Positions 1-7,284 of a DNA stretch of 12,663 bases are shown here, one piece after another; position 1 is the first letter of the stretch; each line of letters starts with the position of its first letter. The position numbers and the translations under genes are program-made. Under the pieces are notes generated by a model, which worked only from the letters and a program-made list of their open reading frames with translations, made no database searches and had not been told where the DNA came from. This DNA comes from a candidate division FCPU426 bacterium (lineage in GTDB: Bacteria; Oederibacteriota; Muellerivitia; Muellerivitales; Muellerivitaceae). Location of the stretch: assembly GCA_963847625.1 (NCBI GenBank), contig CAWKAR010000053.1, positions 1 through 12,663 of the forward strand, written 5' to 3'.

Positions 1-103
1 CATTGTTAATTTCGGGTTGAGAGCTTAGGGAGGATAAAAAAAATCCCGGGCCACCTGGATAGGGTGTTCGGGACAAGTGCAAGCATGGGGTAACTGGATT
101 CAT
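1..103 (-). CDS. Possible 5' end of an ORF or leader peptide running off the left edge (MNPVTPCLHLSRTPYPGGPGFFLSS...)
   Basis: ATG at 103-101 is preceded by AAAGGA (SD-like) and lies just downstream of a consensus promoter. The frame stays open to the window edge. No recognisable motif, and it overlaps a terminator-like hairpin. Confidence 0.3.
   Translation of the reverse strand, partial: MNPVTPCLHLSRTPYPGGPGFFLSSLSSQPEINN
36..73 (-). terminator. Intrinsic terminator- or attenuator-like hairpin followed by U8
   Basis: Minus strand reads TCCCG-AA-CACC-(CTATCCA)-GGTG-GCC-CGGGA then TTTTTTTT: a 5 bp plus 4 bp GC-rich stem with an internal loop. Confidence 0.45.
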
Positions 104-160
104 CTTTTTTTCCTTTGGGGACTCTCAGGACCCCGATTAAAGGCGTAACTACCGAATTGA

Positions 161-188
161 ATTATAGTTTTTTCCACCCGTGTGTCAA
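161..188 (-). promoter_or_regulatory. Sigma70-type promoter, TTGACA-N16-TATAAT, firing leftwards
   Basis: Both hexamers are perfect consensus (plus strand tgtcaa 183-188, attata 161-166) with a 16 nt spacer. An A/T-rich UP-like tract lies at about 195-213. Intergenic location. Confidence 0.8.
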
Positions 189-194
189 GACACA
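181..194. promoter_or_regulatory. Operator-like palindrome TGTGTC-AA-GACACA overlapping the -35 box
   Basis: Perfect 6 bp inverted arms with a 2 nt spacer, covering the -35 hexamer. Confidence 0.5.
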
Positions 195-277
195 AACAAT
201 AAACCTTTTTTTATGCCGCACAACCAGCCAAAATATTTCTCGGGAACATTTTCTCAAGAGCAGCGGGCAAAAGACGG

Positions 278-1381
278 TTAATTCAAGGTCCGGTTGAACC
301 GCTTGGCGCTGAGAGTCACGGCGAAAACGGCCATGAGGCACAAAGCCCCCACATTGATCAGAACCAGGCCTGGATCACCTCCCTTGAGCATGATGTTCCT
401 CAACAGCGCGACGAAATACATGAGAGGATCCAGGTATGCGACCGGCTTCAGCATCCAGGGCATATTTTCGACCGGAAAAATAAGGCCTGAAAGCTGAAGC
501 GCGGGGAAAATAAAAAGAAACCCCCCCATGGCGGTCTGCCGCATGTTCCGGGTGACTGTGGATAGCAAAACTCCCAGGCTTACCGTGTTGCACACGAATG
601 CCAGGGACGCCACCAGAAGCATCCAAAGCGGCCCCCGCATGGGGATCCTGAATCCGAAAACCGCCACCCCCAGCACCAGAAGCATGTCAATCATCCCGAT
701 GATGATGAAAGGAACTGTTTTCCCCAAGAGGATCTCATAAACCTTGGCGGGGGAGGCGATCAGGGTCTCGAAGGTACCCAATTCCTTTTCCCGAGAAATG
801 GCAGCCCCGGTGATGATGATGGTGATGACCACGAGGATCATGCACAGCACTCCCGGCACCATGAAAAGGGACGTTTCCATTTCCGGGTTATATAGGTAAC
901 GAACGGAAAATTTCACGGACGGGGTCGGCGCAGAACCCTGTTTCTCGGCCGCAACCTGGTTGGCGATGGCCTGGACGTAGGATTCGATGCTTTGGGCTTT
1001 CACGATGTTGGCGGCGTCCACCAAGAGCTGGATCTTGCCGTCTCCCCTGCCCAGCGCCCGGCCCAATCCCCCCTCCGGGGCCAGGAGCACTGCGTCGGCC
1101 GCGCCCGTTTGGATGAGTTTGAAGGGATCCCCTTCCCTCCTCGTGGCGGGGATGAACCATCCGGAACCGTAACAATGCTCCTCGATCCTCCGGCACAGGG
1201 TATCGTCGGGCTTATAGATAGCGGTCAGCTTGACGTTTCGGGTCTCGGTGGAGATGGCCAAGCCGAAGAGGGTGAGCTGGATGACCGGCATGACGAACAG
1301 GATCATTCTGAGGCGTTTCTCCCTCCAGGTTTGAACCATCTCCTTGCGGATGAAACCCAGGACGACGGGGTTGGCCCTCAT
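278..1381 (-). CDS. ABC-2 type transporter permease, YbhR-like (367 aa)
   Basis: True start is MRANPVVLGFIRKEMVQ (ATG 1381, ATGA overlap with the upstream stop). Motifs KE..Q..R, YLYNP, MVPG, ISREKELGTFETLIASP, LSGLIFPVENMP; multiple hydrophobic helices. Confidence 0.93.
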   Translation of the reverse strand: MRANPVVLGFIRKEMVQTWREKRLRMILFVMPVIQLTLFGLAISTETRNVKLTAIYKPDDTLCRRIEEHCYGSGWFIPATRREGDPFKLIQTGAADAVLLAPEGGLGRALGRGDGKIQLLVDAANIVKAQSIESYVQAIANQVAAEKQGSAPTPSVKFSVRYLYNPEMETSLFMVPGVLCMILVVITIIITGAAISREKELGTFETLIASPAKVYEILLGKTVPFIIIGMIDMLLVLGVAVFGFRIPMRGPLWMLLVASLAFVCNTVSLGVLLSTVTRNMRQTAMGGFLFIFPALQLSGLIFPVENMPWMLKPVAYLDPLMYFVALLRNIMLKGGDPGLVLINVGALCLMAVFAVTLSAKRFNRTLN

Positions 1382-2499
1382 GGTTCCACGTCCTTTTTGA
1401 ACTTCCTGGTGGCAACGGTAATGAAAACCACATCCATGAAAAGAAGCACCAACAAGGGCACCGCCAGGCCGGCTAAACCGTTCCCCCTGAGGAACAGTCC
1501 CCTCATGATTTGCATGAACCACCTGGCCGGAAAGATCATGGTGAAACACTGGAAAAAGGTGTTCATATTCTCGATCGGGAAAATGAAACCCGAAAGAAGT
1601 AGGGAGGGGAGCATACCCGCGATCAGGGAAAACTGAATGGCCGTGAGCTGGTGCCGTGTGGTCACCGAGATGAAAAGGCCCAGCGCCATGCCGGCCGCCA
1701 GGAACAGCATGGTCCCCAAGAGTAATAGAAGGTGGCTGCCAACGAATGGAACGCCGAAAAGCAGGCGCCCTGCCAGGTAAATGAGGGCCTGAGCGATGAG
1801 TCCCAGAGTCAGGTAGGGCGCGAGCTTGCCCATGATGATCTCCAGAGGATGCACGGGGGTGGAAAGAAGCAGTTCCATGGACCCGTTTTCCCACTCCCGC
1901 GCCACGGTGATGGCGGTCAGCATGATGGCCAGTATGGCCAGAACCACCACGGACAAACCCGGCACCGTGAACCAACGGCTGTTGAGTTCGGGATTAAACA
2001 GGTACCTTGTCTGCACCTGGATGGACGGCCGCATTTTCTTCCCGGCCAGCCGTTCAGCGGCCGCCAGCTGGATGCCGTTCAGGTATCCGCCAATGATGCC
2101 GGCAGTGGAGTTGTCTGACCCGTCCACCAGTACCTGCGCGGTCGCGGTACCTTGTTTTGCCAGGTCCCGCCCAAAATTCGGCTCGATGAAAAGCGCAGCC
2201 TTGGCCTCCTGGGAGTCCAAGCTTTTAGCCGGGTTGGCCGGCAGGTTTTCGAAATAAACTTTGAAATATCCCGAGCTTTGGAACAATTCGGCTAATTGGC
2301 GGGAGGCTCGGCTTTTGTCCTGGTCGTAAATAGTGATATGGATGTCGTGAACGTTGAAATCCATAGCGTAGCCGAAGAAAAGCACCATGATCATCGGCAG
2401 CCCCAGGGCCAGCCCCAGCGTGAAAGGATCCCTCACGATGTGGCGGACTTCTTTCACCGCGATGGAATAGGCTCTTCTAAAGTTGATAGTGTTTGCCAT
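1378..2499 (-). CDS. ABC-2 type transporter permease, YbhS-like (373 aa)
   Basis: Motifs KEVRHIVRDP, VDGSD, YLFNPEL.SRWF.VPGL, VAREWENGSMELLLSTP, LLSGFIFPIENM. Confidence 0.94.
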   Translation of the reverse strand: MANTINFRRAYSIAVKEVRHIVRDPFTLGLALGLPMIMVLFFGYAMDFNVHDIHITIYDQDKSRASRQLAELFQSSGYFKVYFENLPANPAKSLDSQEAKAALFIEPNFGRDLAKQGTATAQVLVDGSDNSTAGIIGGYLNGIQLAAAERLAGKKMRPSIQVQTRYLFNPELNSRWFTVPGLSVVVLAILAIMLTAITVAREWENGSMELLLSTPVHPLEIIMGKLAPYLTLGLIAQALIYLAGRLLFGVPFVGSHLLLLLGTMLFLAAGMALGLFISVTTRHQLTAIQFSLIAGMLPSLLLSGFIFPIENMNTFFQCFTMIFPARWFMQIMRGLFLRGNGLAGLAVPLLVLLFMDVVFITVATRKFKKDVEP

Positions 2500-2502
2500 C
2501 TC

Positions 2503-3417
2503 CTACTTCCCTTCCACCAAGCGGATGAACACATCCTCCAGCGAAGGAGCGATGGGTCGAGTGGTAAAATCACCCGACATCCGGCCAGCCGTCTCAAGCC
2601 ACGCCTTTTCGTCGCGGATGATCGCGTGGTAACGCATGCCGTAGGGCTTGATCCCCAAAACCGACTTCTCGCCCTGAAGCCTATTCAGCCAAAGGGCGGA
2701 TTTTGTAAGCGGTGTCACCTCGAAGAGGTATTCGGGAAAGGCTTTCTTTTTCAGCTCAGCCGGGCTGTCCAGGGCGATGATATGGCCCTCGCTCATGAGC
2801 GCGATTCGTCCGCAATGCTCGGCCTCATCCATGTAATGGGTGGTCACAAATAGCGTTTTACCGGCATTGGCCAAACTCCGGATCAGGGACCAAAACCTCG
2901 CCCGGAAGGCCGGGGAGACGCCCGCTGTAGGCTCGTCCAAAAACACGATTTCGGGGTCGTGCAGAAGCGACGCCACCAGGGAAACCTCCTGCTTGGTTCC
3001 GCCGGAAAGTGTGCTCACCAGGCTTTTCTCCCCCGCTTTGAAACCGATGAAATCCAGAAGTTCCTGGCGACGCCTCAGGAAATCCTTCCTTGGAATACGG
3101 TGCAAAGCCGCAGCGAACTCCAGGTTTTCCTCGACCGTGAGGTCCTGGTACAGGGTGAACTTCTGCGACATGTAACCCACCCGTTCCTTGACCCGCGTGA
3201 GACCCTCTTTCAGGTTCAGGCCCGCCACGACCGCCTCTCCTCCTGAGGGTTCCAGCAGGCCGCAAAGCACCCGGATAGTAGTGGTTTTTCCTGCGCCGTT
3301 TGCCCCCAAGAAACCGAATATTTCCCCCTTTTCCACTGTGAAGGATATTCCGTCAACCGCCTTGAACTTTCCGAACTGGACCGTCAGATTTTTCACTTCC
3401 ACAGCGTGGGAGCTCAT
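2503..3417 (-). CDS. ABC transporter ATP-binding protein, similar to the second NBD of YbhF (304 aa)
   Basis: True start MSSHAVEVKNL (ATG 3417, ATGA overlap). Walker A GANGAGKTT, Q-loop YMSQ, signature LSGGT, Walker B VFLDEPT, H-loop TTHY, C-terminal PSLEDVFI. Confidence 0.95.
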   Translation of the reverse strand: MSSHAVEVKNLTVQFGKFKAVDGISFTVEKGEIFGFLGANGAGKTTTIRVLCGLLEPSGGEAVVAGLNLKEGLTRVKERVGYMSQKFTLYQDLTVEENLEFAAALHRIPRKDFLRRRQELLDFIGFKAGEKSLVSTLSGGTKQEVSLVASLLHDPEIVFLDEPTAGVSPAFRARFWSLIRSLANAGKTLFVTTHYMDEAEHCGRIALMSEGHIIALDSPAELKKKAFPEYLFEVTPLTKSALWLNRLQGEKSVLGIKPYGMRYHAIIRDEKAWLETAGRMSGDFTTRPIAPSLEDVFIRLVEGK

Positions 3418-4145
3418 GCCGTCACCCCTGCGTGCTTCAGGAACAATTCCTCGAAGCTGTGCATGCCTTCGGCCCGAAGCACAGAGGCCGGCTCTCCGGT
3501 AGCCAGCAAGCTCCCCTTTTCCAAGAGGTGCACCCGGTCGCACCTCTCGGCCTCGTCCATGTAAGCCGTCGTAATGATGATGAGGATGCCCTGGTCGCGC
3601 AGCCGGTAAAGCAATTCCCAGAATTCCCTCCGGCTGATGGGATCCACCCCCGTGGTGGGCTCGTCCAGCATCATGGCGTTGGGCGACTGCAATAGCGCGC
3701 ACATGAGGCCCAGTTTCTTGTACATACCGCCCGAAAGCTGGCCTGCGGGGCGGTCCTTGAACTTTTCCAGGCGCGTAATATTCATTAGTTCCGCGCGGCG
3801 CTCCCTGTAAACGGATGCAGGTATCTGATACAGGTCCCGGAAAAAATCCAGGTGCTCTGAAATGGAAAGATCCGCGTACAGGCTTTGCATTTGCGGCATG
3901 TAGGCCATTTGGGGCCGGACCTGGGCGAAAGTCGTGGTTTTCCCACCGTCCAGGTAGGTCACCTGGCCCTGGTCAGGCTTCAATAGTCCCACCAGCAAGC
4001 GCAACAGGGTGGTTTTGCCTGAACCTTCCGGCCCGATGAGACCGTGCAGAAGGGATGGATCGAACAACAGGCTGACGCCATTCAGGGCCTGGTTGGGGCC
4101 CATATTTTTTTTAAGATTTTTAACTTCAATACTTATATTTTCCAA
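3414..4145 (-). CDS. ABC transporter ATP-binding protein, similar to the first NBD of YbhF (243 aa)
   Basis: TTG start with AAAGGA SD. Walker A GPEGSGKTT, Q-loop YMPQ, signature LSGGM, Walker B MMLDEPTTGVDP, degenerate H-loop TTAY. Confidence 0.93.
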   Translation of the reverse strand: MENISIEVKNLKKNMGPNQALNGVSLLFDPSLLHGLIGPEGSGKTTLLRLLVGLLKPDQGQVTYLDGGKTTTFAQVRPQMAYMPQMQSLYADLSISEHLDFFRDLYQIPASVYRERRAELMNITRLEKFKDRPAGQLSGGMYKKLGLMCALLQSPNAMMLDEPTTGVDPISRREFWELLYRLRDQGILIIITTAYMDEAERCDRVHLLEKGSLLATGEPASVLRAEGMHSFEELFLKHAGVTA

Positions 4146-4160
4146 ATCTAATTTCCTTTA

Positions 4161-4257
4161 AATCTCAATTACGAGCCTCGAAGTATGAGGCTCACTTGAA
4201 GCACATTGGCCCTTTGGGCCAAACGTGGTTGGCTGAAGGCCAACTACAATCTCAATT
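4161..4257. repeat. 77 bp three-hairpin REP-like element flanked by exact 10 bp direct repeats (AATCTCAATT)
   Basis: Direct repeats at 4161-4170 and 4248-4257. Hairpins GAGCCTC/GAGGCTC (4173-4193), TTGGCCC/GGGCCAA (4206-4222) and GTTGGC/GCCAAC (4228-4244). The element ends in CTAC (GTAG on the minus strand). Confidence 0.65.
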
Positions 4258-4366
4258 CATGAATGGTCCGTCTTAAGGTTGCTGATGTATTTTGTTTTTT
4301 AACTTGGGTTGCTTCGCCGTAACCAGCCCGCTATTCGCGAGCCATTTCCTATGAAACTGATTAATT

Positions 4367-5092
4367 TTATTGTGGTAAATCTGCTTCAAGGGTCATACCC
4401 GGCTTTAAGATTCCATCCGGGTTGTCGAAAGTCACTTTCACCGCGTATACCAGGTTTGTGCGTTCCTGCCGGGTTTGCACGTTTTTCGGGGTAAACTCCG
4501 CCTCGTCACTGATGTGGGTGATGGTCCCCTGGAAAACCTTTCCTTTAAGTTCCACGAGCTTGGCGTTCACCTTTTGTCCGTAGGAAAGCTTCACCGGAAC
4601 GGGCTGCGGCACGTAAAAAAGACACCAGACCTGGCGCAAGTCCGCCAGGGTGAAAATCTTTGCGCCCAGGGGCACCCATTCCCCAGCCTCGTGATATTTG
4701 GTCAGGACCCTTCCCTGGATGGGCGAAGTGACGTTGCACCATTGCACCCTCAAGTCTGCCAGTTCCTTTTGGGACTTCAAGTGGTTGAAGGTTTCCTCGG
4801 GCATGGACCCGCTTTTAAAGAGTTTCAAACCCCGGTTGTAGTCGTCGGCGGCGAGGCCCTGGTTGAGTTTGTAATCCTGCCCGTCCAGGATGGCCAGCGG
4901 CTGGCCTATAGTGACTGCCGCGCCCTCGTCCACAGCCAGCAAGGCGATGCTGGAAGCCACCTGGGAAGAAATATCCACCTCGGTTGCCTCTACTGTCCCC
5001 GCGTAGGCGAAGGCGTTGATCTTCACCCGCCAATAAATGAGGGCGCCCAAACCCAGGATCACGACCAATAGGATGGGTATTCTCTTTTTCAT
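4367..5092 (-). CDS. HlyD-family periplasmic adaptor (membrane fusion protein), YbhG-like (241 aa)
   Basis: N-terminal membrane anchor. Lipoyl-like half motifs GTVEATEVDISS and SPIQGRV. Family motif ISDEAEFTPKNVQT..ER..LVYAVKV, then LKPGM. Confidence 0.93.
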   Translation of the reverse strand: MKKRIPILLVVILGLGALIYWRVKINAFAYAGTVEATEVDISSQVASSIALLAVDEGAAVTIGQPLAILDGQDYKLNQGLAADDYNRGLKLFKSGSMPEETFNHLKSQKELADLRVQWCNVTSPIQGRVLTKYHEAGEWVPLGAKIFTLADLRQVWCLFYVPQPVPVKLSYGQKVNAKLVELKGKVFQGTITHISDEAEFTPKNVQTRQERTNLVYAVKVTFDNPDGILKPGMTLEADLPQ

Positions 5093-6474
5093 GGTTTTTC
5101 TCCTTGGTTGGATTTGCCCGAAAGGGACGAAAGTATCGACAACTGCATCAGCATCTGGATTTCGTTAGAGACCGCCTGGACTTTGGCGCCCAAAGCCTGG
5201 AAATTGGCCGTCTGGACCTCCAGGAATCTCGACCGCCCCGCCCGGTAGGAACTGTAGGTCAATTGGGCCAGTTCCCCGGTCTCCGATACGGCTTTTTGGT
5301 TGGGGGTCTCCTGGTATTTCAAGGACCTCAGCGCGTCCTGGGCTTTGTTCCAATCCCTTTCCAGGTCTGAGCGCGCCTGATCGAGGTTTTTCAGGTAAGC
5401 CTCCGACTGCTCCCGTTTGGAGTCCGAATCCCAGAGGATTTGTCCCCAGTCGAAAAGGGGCATGGTCGCGGTGAAGCCCACGGTGTTTTGCTGGATGGTT
5501 TCCACGATGGGACCGACCGGATTTTGGTAACCGGCCTGGGCATTTAGCGTAATCCGGGGCAGGAGTTGGGACCGCACCGCCTCCGATGCCGCCCGGGCCG
5601 ATTCCGCCAAGAAAGCGTAGGTTTTCAATTGGGGGACCGAATCGTCCGGTGGAATGGCGGTCTCCTTTTCCAGGGATTCCCGGGAATCCTTTTCCAAATC
5701 CAGGGTCAGCCAAACGGTCGGATCGGAAACCCCCTCTGGCAGGTTTCCCTCCAACCGAGCGTCCATGGGCAAGGTGATATCTGGGGGTTCCTTCCGCCCG
5801 ACCAGGTCAAAAAGATCCCTCAGGGACTCGGCTAAGTTGGCCTGGGCCTGCCGAAACTGCCTTTCGTAATTGAGCACCTCCTGGTGGGAGGAAAGAAGGT
5901 CCATTCGGCTGGCTGTCCCAAAACGCGCCTGGTGGGCGATATCGGCGTACTGGGCCTGGGCCACCTTCAGGGAATTTCCCAGGAGCCGGGCTTGCTCCAG
6001 GTTGATTTGAACCTGGAAATAAGCCAGCCTCACCGCCAATCTCAATTGCCGGCCCGTAGCGTCATAAGCTTGCTCGCGGGACCGGTACAGCGAATGGGCG
6101 CTGTTGGAAAGGTTGTGTTGGGACCGGAAGTCCCACAAGTCCCAGGAAAGCACCGCGTATGCGTTCCAGTTGTCATGGGTCCCGAATGGAATACCCGCCA
6201 TTTTGGGATTAACGGTCAGCAAGGGAACATTGGTCTGGTAAAAGTAGGTCCCTGTCAGTCCCAAACGGGGAAACTCGGCGGCATACCAGGAATCCGCCTC
6301 GCTTTTGGCCGACTTCATATCCCATTTCGCCGCTTGAAGCCTGGCGGAATTTTCTGCCGCCGCCTGGATCAGGTCGGAAAGTGAGAGGGAAACCCGGGCG
6401 TTTTGAGCCAGGACCGGATGAACGCTGAAAAGCGCCAAAAAGCAAAAAAACCATATCCACTTCGTCTTTCTCAT
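5089..6474 (-). CDS. TolC-family outer membrane efflux protein (461 aa)
   Basis: Signal peptide ending VLA-Q. Two OEP-like repeats (FPRLGL...WDLWD; LPRITL...MPLFDWG), VRLAYF, Y..G...FLEV. Located between the regulator and the adaptor. Confidence 0.9.
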   Translation of the reverse strand: MRKTKWIWFFCFLALFSVHPVLAQNARVSLSLSDLIQAAAENSARLQAAKWDMKSAKSEADSWYAAEFPRLGLTGTYFYQTNVPLLTVNPKMAGIPFGTHDNWNAYAVLSWDLWDFRSQHNLSNSAHSLYRSREQAYDATGRQLRLAVRLAYFQVQINLEQARLLGNSLKVAQAQYADIAHQARFGTASRMDLLSSHQEVLNYERQFRQAQANLAESLRDLFDLVGRKEPPDITLPMDARLEGNLPEGVSDPTVWLTLDLEKDSRESLEKETAIPPDDSVPQLKTYAFLAESARAASEAVRSQLLPRITLNAQAGYQNPVGPIVETIQQNTVGFTATMPLFDWGQILWDSDSKREQSEAYLKNLDQARSDLERDWNKAQDALRSLKYQETPNQKAVSETGELAQLTYSSYRAGRSRFLEVQTANFQALGAKVQAVSNEIQMLMQLSILSSLSGKSNQGEKP

Positions 6475-7172
6475 GAGAAGCCTCCCTTTCCCGCTTCGCT
6501 TTTCTTGTTTTGACCGTCCGTCGCCGGTTGATTTTTTCCTTTTTCCGTCAGTAGGCTGGCCAGGGCCAGTTCGATTCTTTCCCGGATGGTTTCATCCGAA
6601 AGGATCAAGAAACTCAAGGCCTTCCCTTCCAAATCGAAAAACTTTGTGGCGCCCGAATGCTCGAAAACGCCCACCGCTAGGCTGGGCCCCAGGACGGCCG
6701 GCATCATGAATGCCAGGATCCGGAAAAAAGGCATGGAACGGATCAATTTTTCCTTCCGGCATTGCCGGACTAAGTCCAAAAAAATGGGAACATGGCGGGT
6801 GAAATTCATCTTCACAAATTCTTGAACCGCCAGGTCCTGGTTCAATACGTCCTGAAGCAGGCTCAAGAGCAGGTGCCGGTTGTCGCGGGAGAACTGTCCG
6901 AGGGTAAAGAGCGCCTGGCGGAGTTTTCCCAGGGGTTTCCTTTCCCCCTCAATCCGGAGGCTGAAGTTCTTCAGGAATTTCTCGTAGGCGTCCCCCAGAA
7001 CAGCCCGGATAAACTTATCTTTTGTCTTGAAGTGGTAATGGAACATCCCGAGGTTCACGCCGGCCTTGGCGGATAATTGCCGCAGATTGAGGCGGCTCAA
7101 CCCCGAATGGCGGAGCATTTCTAATCCGGTTTGGATCAGTTTCTCGTCTATTTTCTGGGAAGGACGGGTCAA
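6471..7172 (-). CDS. TetR/AcrR family transcriptional regulator (233 aa)
   Basis: N-terminal HTH LNLRQLSAKAGVNLGMFHYHFKTKD. TTG start with AAGGTGG SD. First gene of the efflux operon. Confidence 0.92.
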   Translation of the reverse strand: MTRPSQKIDEKLIQTGLEMLRHSGLSRLNLRQLSAKAGVNLGMFHYHFKTKDKFIRAVLGDAYEKFLKNFSLRIEGERKPLGKLRQALFTLGQFSRDNRHLLLSLLQDVLNQDLAVQEFVKMNFTRHVPIFLDLVRQCRKEKLIRSMPFFRILAFMMPAVLGPSLAVGVFEHSGATKFFDLEGKALSFLILSDETIRERIELALASLLTEKGKNQPATDGQNKKSEAGKGGFS

Positions 7173-7193
7173 GTTGCCACCTTAACTAGTCAT

Positions 7194-7217
7194 TTGTATA
7201 ATTATACCGTTGTATAA
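7194..7217. promoter_or_regulatory. Putative TetR operator: TTATAC-N4-GTATAA plus overlapping palindrome GTATAATTATAC
   Basis: Inverted repeat at 7202-7217, perfect 12 bp palindrome at 7196-7207, TTGTATAA repeated at 7194 and 7210. All overlap the -10 box. Confidence 0.65.
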
Positions 7218-7228
7218 ATATAACGCAA
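7201..7228 (-). promoter_or_regulatory. Sigma70-type promoter of the efflux operon, TTGCGT-N16-TATAAT
   Basis: Perfect -10 (plus strand attata 7201-7206), TTG-containing -35 (acgcaa 7223-7228), about 30 nt upstream of the tetR start, AT-rich context. Confidence 0.7.
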
Positions 7229-7284
7229 TAAAATTTTCAACTCTTGTACTGCAAAAGTCGGAGTAATTGACAAGGTCTTATTAA

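Noticed and set aside
110..140. TPP riboswitch suggested by GGGG...CTGAGA on the minus strand
   Set aside because: The downstream conserved core (ACCTGA...TAATGC...GCGTAGG-like) is absent and the segment is too short.
115..297. 60 aa plus-strand ORF
   Set aside because: TTG start without an SD, runs antisense across a consensus promoter, and has no protein-like features.
1382..1975. N-terminal 198 aa extension of the 565 aa ORF (278..1975)
   Set aside because: It is an alternate frame inside the YbhS-like gene. Permease similarity begins at ATG 1381, which has an ATGA overlap.
3418..3702. N-terminal extension of the 399 aa ATPase ORF
   Set aside because: Overlaps the upstream ATPase in another frame; the NBD begins at ATG 3417.
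4171..4247. tRNA-sized three-hairpin sequence as a tRNA
   Set aside because: No acceptor stem, no T-loop consensus in the right place, no CCA end, and arm spacing does not fit a cloverleaf.
4161..4257. Mini CRISPR array
   Set aside because: The repeats are only 10 bp with two exact copies, the palindromes lie in the spacer rather than the repeat, and there are no cas genes.
4306..4345. GGGTTGCTTCGCCG...TCGCG, reminiscent of GGATTGCTTCG...TCGCAATGAC-type intergenic repeats
   Set aside because: Only a partial resemblance with no inverted partner in the window; cannot be supported without a genome-wide search.
992..5071. Long plus-strand ORFs (992..1636, 2296..2853, 4475..5071 and similar ones elsewhere)
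   Set aside because: Antisense shadows of well-supported genes in GC-rich coding DNA; no motifs and no evident translation signals.
7267..7272. Plus-strand TTGACA as an antisense promoter into the methyltransferase
   Set aside because: No -10-like hexamer at 16-18 nt spacing.
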